From: Gemmatimonadota bacterium
GTDB taxonomy: Bacteria > Gemmatimonadota > Gemmatimonadetes > Gemmatimonadales > GWC2-71-9
Direction: 5' to 3'
DNA: 27,927 nucleotides
Assembly: GCA_039586365.1 (NCBI GenBank)
Contig: JBDHKN010000075.1
Coordinates: 1 to 27,927, forward strand
Shown here: piece by piece, positions 7,276 through 15,753 of the stretch
Layout: the number at the start of each line of letters is the position of its first letter
How positions within the stretch are numbered: the first letter of the stretch is position 1
Notes under the pieces: model-generated
What the model was told of the DNA's origin: nothing
What the model saw: only the letters and a program-made list of their open reading frames with translations
The model's database searches: none
Program-made: the position numbers and the translations under genes

Positions 7276-8541
7276 ATGATCGCCGTTCGTCGCGTGAGCC
7301 ATACTGTGGTTGCCCTATTGGCGCTACATGGCGCGTACGTGCCGACACACGCTCAGAGGCCAGACTCGGCCTCCGTCCGTGAGATCGAGGTGTACCTGGT
7401 CACATACGGCCCAGGCCGGCTGTACTGGGAGCGCTTCGGGCACAACGCGATATGGATTCGTGATCCCGCGAGACACATCGATCACATGTTCAACTACGGG
7501 ATCTTCGACTTCAATCAAGAGAGCTTTTTGCTCCGGTTCATCCAGGGCCGCATGCTCTACATGCTGGCCACGCAGGATCCGCAGCGGTCGTTTGAGGGGT
7601 ACGTGGCGAACAATCGCTCGGTTTGGATTCAAGAACTCAACCTGACCGAGACACAACGTACCGCACTCAGGGATTTCCTGCTGTGGAACTCGGTGCCGGA
7701 GAACCGTGACTACCGCTACGACTATTACCTCGACAACTGTTCCACCAGGGTGCGCGACGCTATAGACCAGGCCATTGGCGGTAGAATCCGAGCGCAGACG
7801 GAGACCACGCAAACGAACACGACCTTCCGCTATCACACCCAGCGTCTCACCACCGCCAACGTGCCGCTCTATACCGGCCTGCTGGCTGGGCTGGGTAGCC
7901 CCGTGGATCGACCAATCAGCGTTTGGGAAGAGATGTTCATTCCAATGTTGCTACGCGATCACCTGCGTGACGTCACAACGTTAGACGAGAACGGCAACGA
8001 GGTACCCCTGGTGGTGTCGGAGGCGCTGTACTACGAAAGCACTGCTGAGCCGCCGTTGGATGCGCCACCGCGCTGGCTCATCTGGTACTTGGCCGCCGGC
8101 GTTGCGGTGGCGGCGTTGCTGGTCGTTCTCGGGAAGACCGCAGGCAATGCCGCACGGTTCATATTGGCTCTATTAACCAGTGCGTGGACGCTGCTTGTGG
8201 GGTTCGCCGGTGTGGTCCTGGCGGGACTGTGGTTGGGGACCGACCACGCAACGTCGTACTGGAACGAGAACCTGTTCTGCCTGACGCCCATAGCGCTGCC
8301 GTTGGCTATTCTCCTGCCGTTGGCGGTGCACGGTGTTGGATGGGTGCTACGGCCTGCTCAATGGCTTGCCGCTGCAGTAGCGGTGTCGTCGCTGCTCGGC
8401 TGGGTGGCCCAAATCCTGCCGGCATTCGACCAAGTGAACGGACAGCTCATTGCACTGGTATTACCAGTGAATGTGGCGGTGGGGTTGGTGGTGTTGGGAG
8501 AGCGGAGAGCGGAGAGCGGAGAGCCGGGAGCCGGGAGCTGA
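7276..8541 (+). CDS. DUF4105 membrane protein, Lnb-type lipoprotein N-acyltransferase-like
   Basis: Signal peptide, LVTYGPG..YWERFGHNAIWI, FNYGIFDF, YRYDYYLDNCSTRVRD (His/Cys catalytic pattern), then about 5 C-terminal TM helices. Start uncertain (7267, 7276 or a later GTG). Confidence 0.85.
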   Translation: MIAVRRVSHTVVALLALHGAYVPTHAQRPDSASVREIEVYLVTYGPGRLYWERFGHNAIWIRDPARHIDHMFNYGIFDFNQESFLLRFIQGRMLYMLATQDPQRSFEGYVANNRSVWIQELNLTETQRTALRDFLLWNSVPENRDYRYDYYLDNCSTRVRDAIDQAIGGRIRAQTETTQTNTTFRYHTQRLTTANVPLYTGLLAGLGSPVDRPISVWEEMFIPMLLRDHLRDVTTLDENGNEVPLVVSEALYYESTAEPPLDAPPRWLIWYLAAGVAVAALLVVLGKTAGNAARFILALLTSAWTLLVGFAGVVLAGLWLGTDHATSYWNENLFCLTPIALPLAILLPLAVHGVGWVLRPAQWLAAAVAVSSLLGWVAQILPAFDQVNGQLIALVLPVNVAVGLVVLGERRAESGEPGAGS

Positions 8542-8616
8542 GAGCCGAGGGTTGAGAGCGCTATCACTGATGACCGCTCCCCGCTCTCCGCTCCCTTCGC
8601 TGGCTCCCCGATCCCC
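8498..8616. repeat. Heptamer tandem repeats arranged as an inverted pair
   Basis: Nine G(A/G)GAGC(G/C/T)-like units at 8498-8560, a 14-nt spacer, then complementary CGCTC(C/T)C units at 8575-8595 and degenerate ones to 8616. Overlaps the 3' end of the DUF4105 gene. Confidence 0.9.
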
Positions 8617-8629
8617 ACTAACAAAAGCG

Positions 8630-8654
8630 TTGCTGACACATAGATTGTAAGCAA
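8630..8654. promoter_or_regulatory. Candidate operator palindrome
   Basis: TTGCTGACA-N7-TGTAAGCAA (8 of 9 positions complementary), AT-rich, ending 4 nt before the ATG at 8659. Confidence 0.35.
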
Positions 8655-8658
8655 TACC

Positions 8659-9024
8659 ATGACTGAGCAAAGTACGAGTTCAGCGTCCGGTATCGCACGG
8701 TTTCTTGTCGATCTTCGCTCCTACAGCGAGCGGCGATCGTGGCAGGACAGGCGTGGCCAGGCCCAAATCGTCCCTGTGGAACGTCGCAGCGGCGTCGACC
8801 GCCGTATGCAGACGGACCGACGACGGCGTTGGCTGAGCAATTACTCTCCCGAAGCCAGCGTCCGGATCCACAGAATGGTGTCCCATCCGACGGCGCGGGT
8901 AGCGTGCCCGGAGTGCGATGGGGCATTGATGCTCGGTCCTCCAGTCGATCGTGGCGGTGTCAGGGTCCGCCGGGTCCACTGCACTTCGTGCCGGCTGAGC
9001 ACGGAGGTCAGGAACCTGGGCTGA
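8659..9024 (+). CDS. Small hypothetical protein: tandem (E/D)RR repeats plus C-terminal Zn ribbon
   Basis: ERRSWQDRR, ERRSGVDRRMQTDRRRR; CPEC...CTSC. No clear RBS. Confidence 0.75.
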   Translation: MTEQSTSSASGIARFLVDLRSYSERRSWQDRRGQAQIVPVERRSGVDRRMQTDRRRRWLSNYSPEASVRIHRMVSHPTARVACPECDGALMLGPPVDRGGVRVRRVHCTSCRLSTEVRNLG

Positions 9025-9349
9025 GCGTGTTCATGGGCAGCGGGTGGGGGGTTGGGGGGATGGGGGCACCGCGCCGCAGCTGCTCGGTTTACGATTCCCA
9101 ATGAGCCATTTCTGTTTAGATTGAACGGTTACAAATTTGTAGGCCGGGCGCTGTCGCACGGCCTGCGGTGTTCGTTCAACGAGAGTGGCGACTGTGCGGA
9201 CGGTGGAAATCTCGGCTTTACCCTCAATACAACCACCCTGGCCTTCCCGCCGAGAGACGCCAAGGGGTGTTGGTCCCTGCAATCCCTATCGTAGGGAAGG
9301 GTCTCCGTTTCGCGCGCCCACCAGCCAGTCAGAAAACATCCGCGGATAA

Positions 9350-10714
<1,365 letters not shown>

Positions 10715-10733
10715 CCGCGGCAGTATTGGTCGG

Positions 10734-10773
10734 GAGTCCCGGTTCGAGTTGCTCGAGCCGGGACTTGTCGTAT
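10734..10773 (+). terminator. Strong hairpin after gdhA (terminator or mRNA-stabilising stem)
   Basis: GAGTCCCGGTTCGAG-ttg-CTCGAGCCGGGACTT, about 15-bp stem, weak U tract. Confidence 0.6.
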
Positions 10774-10822
10774 CCATCGGATTGATTCCGTGGCGAGTGG
10801 CTCCCAGCTACCCGGAGGTGCA

Positions 10823-11704
10823 GTGTTCAAGGCAGTTGACAGTCCCTATTTGGTGCCCGACGATGGGTCCTTCAGTGTCGCAGAGATCTCCACCCGCCCT
10901 CCTGCGGACGCACCGGGTGAGAGGAAGGTCCGGAAACGTCTGAAGAATGCCCGTAATGAACTGAGCGACCTCCAGGACGTGCTGTACGCGGATGACCGTT
11001 ATGCGGTGCTGCTCATCTTCCAGGCGCTGGATGCTGCTGGAAAGGACAGCACCATCAGAGCCGTGCTGACCGGGGTCAATCCGGCCGGCTGTCAAGTCTA
11101 CTCCTTCAAGGTGCCATCGGCCGAAGAGTTAGACCACGATTTCCTGTGGCGCACCGCGCGGGCTCTTCCCGAGCGGGGACGAATTGGCGTCTTCAATCGC
11201 AGCTACTACGAAGAGGTACTTGTAGTCAGGGTACACCCGGAAATACTCCTGGCCCAGAAGCTGCCGGTGGTCGACACCTCGTCGCTGTGGCAGGAACGGT
11301 TCAAATCCATCCGTGACCACGAAGAGCATCTGGCACAAAACGGCACGGTGATCCTCAAGTTCTGGCTCAATATCTCGGCCGAGGAACAGCGCCGCAGGTT
11401 TCTGGCGCGACTCGACAAGAGCAAGAAGAACTGGAAGTTTTCGCTCAAGGACGTGGAGGAACGCCAGTACTGGGACGAGTACGTGCATGCCTACGAGGAG
11501 GTGCTGAAACGGACGTCCTGCCCCTGGGCTCCCTGGTACGCTATCCCAGCTGACGATAAGCCCTATATGAGGATGAAGGTCGCTGAGATCGTTGTCCAAT
11601 CGCTCAAGCAACTCGATCTGAAGTACCCCAGTCCCAGCCCGGAAGACCAGGCACGCCTTGATTCTATGCGCCGGATTCTGGCCCCCGACTCGGAGAGTGA
11701 ATAG
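10823..11704 (+). CDS. ppk2: Polyphosphate kinase 2 family, single domain, class III-like
   Basis: FQALDAAGKDSTI (Walker A), ELDHDFLWR, FNRSYYEEVL (Walker B), KNWKFSLKD, APWYAIPADDK. GTG at 10823 follows GGAGG. Confidence 0.93.
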   Translation: MFKAVDSPYLVPDDGSFSVAEISTRPPADAPGERKVRKRLKNARNELSDLQDVLYADDRYAVLLIFQALDAAGKDSTIRAVLTGVNPAGCQVYSFKVPSAEELDHDFLWRTARALPERGRIGVFNRSYYEEVLVVRVHPEILLAQKLPVVDTSSLWQERFKSIRDHEEHLAQNGTVILKFWLNISAEEQRRRFLARLDKSKKNWKFSLKDVEERQYWDEYVHAYEEVLKRTSCPWAPWYAIPADDKPYMRMKVAEIVVQSLKQLDLKYPSPSPEDQARLDSMRRILAPDSESE

Positions 11705-11957
11705 CATCCGGTCTCCTTGAGCTCGACTAAGGCTCAGCGGCCCGTCACCCGACGACGCCTCGCAAGGAATGCCGACTTTCCAGTACGGACGATGCCACTC
11801 GGTGAAGTCCGAACAGGCCCACAGCGTGCCCGGCACCAGCGGTCAGGGCTGGTGGGATCGCCAGCTAGCGTACTCGCCATCGCAGGATAGAGGGGGTATC
11901 ATACCTCCTGCAGTGGAGTCGTTGCCCCACCGACATGGTTCCGAGCTGAGAGGAGAG

Positions 11958-12164
11958 ATGACATCAGAGGGATCACCGCCAGCCAAGGATCGGCGCTCAG
12001 TTCCTGATCGGGTCTGCGTTGTGTGTCTGGACGGGAAGTATGTCGCGCGGCCCCAGGAAGACTTCAATCACTCGGATGCGCCAACGTCGAGTTGGCACAT
12101 CGAGGCGTGCACCAACTGCGGACATGTTCAGTTCTTCAGGCGGGATTGGCGTCAACGCGATTAG
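11958..12164 (+). CDS. 68-aa Zn-ribbon microprotein
   Basis: AGGAGAG RBS then ATG at 11958; KDRRSVPDRVCVVC...EACTNCGHVQFF. The track's upstream extension from 11769 looks non-coding. Confidence 0.7.
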   Translation: MTSEGSPPAKDRRSVPDRVCVVCLDGKYVARPQEDFNHSDAPTSSWHIEACTNCGHVQFFRRDWRQRD

Positions 12165-12252
12165 CCGTATTCACCGTATTCGAGGCCTGATACGACACTT
12201 GTGCGGCGCTGCGGCGGAGCTGCTTGCGCGAGAGCAGGCGTGGATCGCCGAT

Positions 12253-12301
12253 TCGTCAATCGTCAATCGTGAGTCGTGAATCGTCAATCGTGAATCGTCA
12301 A
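12253..12301 (+). repeat. Heptamer tandem repeat, TCGT(C/G)A(A/G) x7
   Basis: tcgtcaa tcgtcaa tcgtgag tcgtgaa tcgtcaa tcgtgaa tcgtcaa, spanning the SDR start region. Confidence 0.9.
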
Positions 12302-13069
12302 TCGCCGGTCTTACACGGCCAGGTCGCCCTTGTCACCGGCGGCGCGTCGGGCATCGGCAGAGCGATCGCGGCGATCTTTGCGGCAGAGGGTGCGGCGGTG
12401 GTGGTGATGGACCGGGATCGCGATCGTGGCACGGATGTCGTTGGGGAACTGGTGGGACGTGGCTGCCGCGCAGCGTTCGCCCACGGTGACGTCAGCCAAA
12501 GCAGCGACTGTGAACGTGCTGTGCGGGAGGCCGTCCGCGCATTTGACGGCTTGGATGTGCTCTGCAACAATGCCGGGATCATCCAGCGCGCATCCGTCCT
12601 GGAACTCACTGAGGCTGATTGGGACCGCGCCATGGCGGTCAACGTCAAGTCGGTCTTCCTGATGTCGCACTACTCGATTCCCCTCATGATTGAGCGTGGG
12701 GGTGGTGTAATCATCAACATGGCTTCGGGATGGGGACTTGTTGGCGGTCGCCGTGCGGCGTCTTACTGTGCCTCAAAAGGCGCTGTGGTCCAATTGACCA
12801 AAGCCATGGCGCTCGACCACGGTGGTCACAACATCAGGGTGAACTGCATCTGTCCAGGAGACACCGACACTGCGATGCTGCGAAGCGAAGCGGCGCAACT
12901 CGGCGAGCCGGTGGATCGGTTTCTCAGTGATGCCGCGTCACGGCCGCTCGGGAGAGTAGGTACAGCGGAAGACATCGCACGGGCGGCACTCTATCTAGCG
13001 AGCGATGCTGCCGCGTTCGTGACAGGAACGTCGTTGGTGGTGGACGGCGGTGGCTTGGCCGGATCATAG
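12269..13069 (+). CDS. Classical short-chain dehydrogenase/reductase (SDR)
   Basis: TGGASGIG, NNAG, S...YCASK, IRVNCICPG, VTGTSLVVDGG. Start uncertain (GTG 12269 or 12290 inside the repeat, or TTG 12224). Confidence 0.92.
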   Translation: MSRESSIVNRQSPVLHGQVALVTGGASGIGRAIAAIFAAEGAAVVVMDRDRDRGTDVVGELVGRGCRAAFAHGDVSQSSDCERAVREAVRAFDGLDVLCNNAGIIQRASVLELTEADWDRAMAVNVKSVFLMSHYSIPLMIERGGGVIINMASGWGLVGGRRAASYCASKGAVVQLTKAMALDHGGHNIRVNCICPGDTDTAMLRSEAAQLGEPVDRFLSDAASRPLGRVGTAEDIARAALYLASDAAAFVTGTSLVVDGGGLAGS

Positions 13070-13081
13070 CAAGGAGTCAAT

Positions 13082-13834
13082 GTGCGAGGGCTGGAAGACA
13101 AGCGGGTCTTGATAACGGGAGGAGCGAGCGGAATCGGTGCGGCAACAGCTCGCCGCTTCGTGGAAGAGGGCGCCCGGGTGATAGTGATGGATCGGGACGA
13201 GGCTGGCCTGCAGACGATTGCGGCGGAGTTGTCTGGCTTGACGGGAACCTTACAAGCAGATGTATCGGATCCAGATTCTGTCGCAGTGGCGTTTCGCGAA
13301 CTCGATGGCCTGTGCGCCGGGCCAGATGTGCTGATCAACAACGCGGGGATCAGCATCCGACATCCGTTTGTTGAAATAGCAGTGGAGGATTGGCGTCGCG
13401 TGATAGACACCAATCTCAACGGCGTGTTCTTCACGGCTCGTGAGGCTGCAAGCCGGATGTTGGCGGGGGGTGGGGGTGTGATCCTCAACATGGGGTCGAC
13501 CAACGGTCTGGTTGGCTATCCCTATTACGCCGACTACAACGCATCGAAAGCCGGTGTCATTGAGTTGACCAGGTCGCTGGCCCTGGAACTGGCCCCCACA
13601 GTGCGAGTAAACGTTGTCTGTCCAGGCTACGTGCTCACTCCAATGCAGCAAGCCGAGTACACTCCCGAGATGATACAGGCGGTCAACTCCAAGATTCCCC
13701 TTGGCAGGCATGCCGATCCCCAGGAAGTGGCCGCACTATTCACCTTCCTGGCATCCGACGACGCGGCGTACATCACCGGACAGTCGTTTGTGATCGATGG
13801 CGGTGAGGTGGCGGGAGGGCTAGCAAGCCGGTAA
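13082..13834 (+). CDS. Classical SDR (FabG-like)
   Basis: TGGASGIG, NNAG, S...YNASK, VRVNVVCPG, ITGQSFVIDGG; AAGGAG RBS right after the upstream stop. Confidence 0.95.
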   Translation: MRGLEDKRVLITGGASGIGAATARRFVEEGARVIVMDRDEAGLQTIAAELSGLTGTLQADVSDPDSVAVAFRELDGLCAGPDVLINNAGISIRHPFVEIAVEDWRRVIDTNLNGVFFTAREAASRMLAGGGGVILNMGSTNGLVGYPYYADYNASKAGVIELTRSLALELAPTVRVNVVCPGYVLTPMQQAEYTPEMIQAVNSKIPLGRHADPQEVAALFTFLASDDAAYITGQSFVIDGGEVAGGLASR

Positions 13835-13857
13835 GACCTGAGCTTGCGGGCCCCGGC

Positions 13858-15753
13858 TCATTCCGCGGCTTGCTTTATCCGCAGCTTCTGGCCCTCGGTG
13901 ACCATGTCCTGCGCGACTACTTCCTGAACGATCCGGGCGATGAACGAATACCCCCGTGCATCGGCTGCCAGCCACCGCTGCCATTCGAGTTCGTCCAGGG
14001 CGGAGTTGAGTTCCTTGCCTTTGAGGCCGGTGCATTGTCCCAGCTGTGTTGCTGTGACGCAGTGCCCGAGTACCGCGGCGGCTGCGAGGGCTTCCTGAGC
14101 CGGTGAGCTGAGCCGCCTGAAGCCGACCCGGATGGCGGCGACGATCGCGTCCGGCAGCTCGCCGGGAAGCGTCTGTGACAAGGTGCGTAGCGGCTGTGGC
14201 CAGGCAGCCGCCGTTTCTTCCAGGTCTAGACCGAGCGCAACGGCGTGCAGCAGTTCCACCGCGAGTAGTGGAAGACCTGCGGAGTCTGACGCGACCCGGC
14301 GGGTGAGCCGGTCGATCTGTTCGTCAGTGTAGCCGGGAACCGCCCAGCGCGCGAGCTCACGTAGCGATGTCTCGTCGAGCTTGTCCAGCTTCACTGTTGT
14401 GCCGGGGATGTCCCGACCGATTCTGGAACGTACGTCGTCCAATTCGTCGCGGGCCGGCGTCGTGCTCACTGCCAGCGTTACGAGGATCGGACAATCTGGC
14501 AGATCGCGGATGATCGAACCGAGCGCTAGAATTGATTGCCTGTCGCACCACTGTGCGTCGTCCACCAGAAGAAGCACCGGCTGTTCACCTGCCAACGCGC
14601 GTACGATCTCGACCAGCGCCGTCTCCAACGGTTGCACGGGGCCCTTGGGAACGCCGAATCGATCGGCCCATTCGTCGATCTCCGCCGCGAAAGCCGCCAA
14701 CGCACTCGGTGAAGCCGCCGCCAATCCTCGCCCGGCCAGCAGGCCTCCGCGTGCCAGACCCGCGATTCCACTAGCGGGTTGGTCTCGGTCGGCTGCGACG
14801 GCTCGCAGCGAGCTGACGGTGGCTCCGTCTAGGCGGGCGCGGGCAATGAGCTCCTCAGAGAGTCTGGTCTTCCCATATCCCACATCGCCTTCGATTACGG
14901 CTACCGCTGCATTCGGCTCCACAACGGTGTTGCTCCACAGTGCGACGAGACCAGCCAGTTCCTTCTCGCGGCCAATGAGGGGTGCGCGGCGCAGCTCCGC
15001 ACCCTGCTCCGGGTTGAGTGGGACAGAGGCGGCAAGCTGCCATTCGCGTTCGCGCTGCACCCGTTCGGCCATTTGCACGGTCTCGACGTCAGGCGCGGCA
15101 GATACCTCGGCGAGCCTGGACCGGAATTCGGCATAACGGACCAACGCCTCGGTCCGGTCGCCAGCAACGGCCAAGCTCTTCATTGCGGCCCGCACCGCCG
15201 GGCCAGAACCGGAATCGATCGTGTTGGCCCGGTTGGCGGCCTTGACTGCCGCGTCCGTCTTGCCGCAGGCCAGCAGGTCGTCGCTGTATCGGACCAGAGC
15301 CTTCGCCGTCCGGCTGCGCCAGTGGCTGCGCTCGGCAGCTAGCCATTCATCGAACGCCCAGGCTTCGCGCACGCTGAAACCCTCCAGGAATTCTCCACCG
15401 ATCAGATCAGCTGCGCCCTGCCAGTCCCCAGCGGATTCGCACTGCTCGAATTGCTCGATATCCAGCGCCACCTTTCCCCCGGTCAACCGGAGCTGGTCGG
15501 CCTCCGCGATGATCCCGTCTTCCCCCAGCGCGCGGCGCAGCACTCTAACAGCCTCGCGCAGGGAATGCCGTGCCTTGGACTCCGGCTTTTCGGCCCAAAG
15601 AACTCCGGTGAGATGCTCACGACTTCGCACGCAGTGGGGAGAACGGGCCAGATATATGAGGAGCGCAACGTTCTTGCGTTGTAGTAATCCCGCCGGTGCC
15701 GGGTCCCCGTCGCTGCGCACCTCGAGTGGGCCCAGGGTGCGGAGCGAGATCAT
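13858..15753 (-). CDS. SARP-type regulator: winged helix + BTAD + AAA/STAND ATPase, no C-terminal sensor
   Basis: MISLRTLGPLEV, ALLIYLA, REHLTGVLW, ARHSLREAVRVLRRALG, GEFLEGF...FDEWLAAER (BTAD); PLIGREKEL, Walker A GDVGYGKT, Walker B LLLVDDAQW, SAGLPLLAVELL. The ATG at 15753 overlaps the kinase TGA (ATGA). Confidence 0.9.
   Translation of the reverse strand: MISLRTLGPLEVRSDGDPAPAGLLQRKNVALLIYLARSPHCVRSREHLTGVLWAEKPESKARHSLREAVRVLRRALGEDGIIAEADQLRLTGGKVALDIEQFEQCESAGDWQGAADLIGGEFLEGFSVREAWAFDEWLAAERSHWRSRTAKALVRYSDDLLACGKTDAAVKAANRANTIDSGSGPAVRAAMKSLAVAGDRTEALVRYAEFRSRLAEVSAAPDVETVQMAERVQREREWQLAASVPLNPEQGAELRRAPLIGREKELAGLVALWSNTVVEPNAAVAVIEGDVGYGKTRLSEELIARARLDGATVSSLRAVAADRDQPASGIAGLARGGLLAGRGLAAASPSALAAFAAEIDEWADRFGVPKGPVQPLETALVEIVRALAGEQPVLLLVDDAQWCDRQSILALGSIIRDLPDCPILVTLAVSTTPARDELDDVRSRIGRDIPGTTVKLDKLDETSLRELARWAVPGYTDEQIDRLTRRVASDSAGLPLLAVELLHAVALGLDLEETAAAWPQPLRTLSQTLPGELPDAIVAAIRVGFRRLSSPAQEALAAAAVLGHCVTATQLGQCTGLKGKELNSALDELEWQRWLAADARGYSFIARIVQEVVAQDMVTEGQKLRIKQAAE

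Noticed and set aside
11129..12067. Two minus-strand ORFs in the same frame separated by one TGA (11845-11843); possible selenoprotein given selA
   Set aside because: Antisense to ppk2 and the Zn-ribbon gene, with no redox motif around the TGA and no recognisable family.
13835..13860. Bidirectional terminator between the convergent SDR and SARP genes
   Set aside because: Only a short TGAGC/GCTCA stem with no U tract on either strand.
13858..15753. STAND ATPase plus kinase as an Avs-type anti-phage system
   Set aside because: The N-terminus is a SARP DNA-binding/BTAD module, not a nuclease or other effector; there is no TPR sensor; the context is housekeeping.
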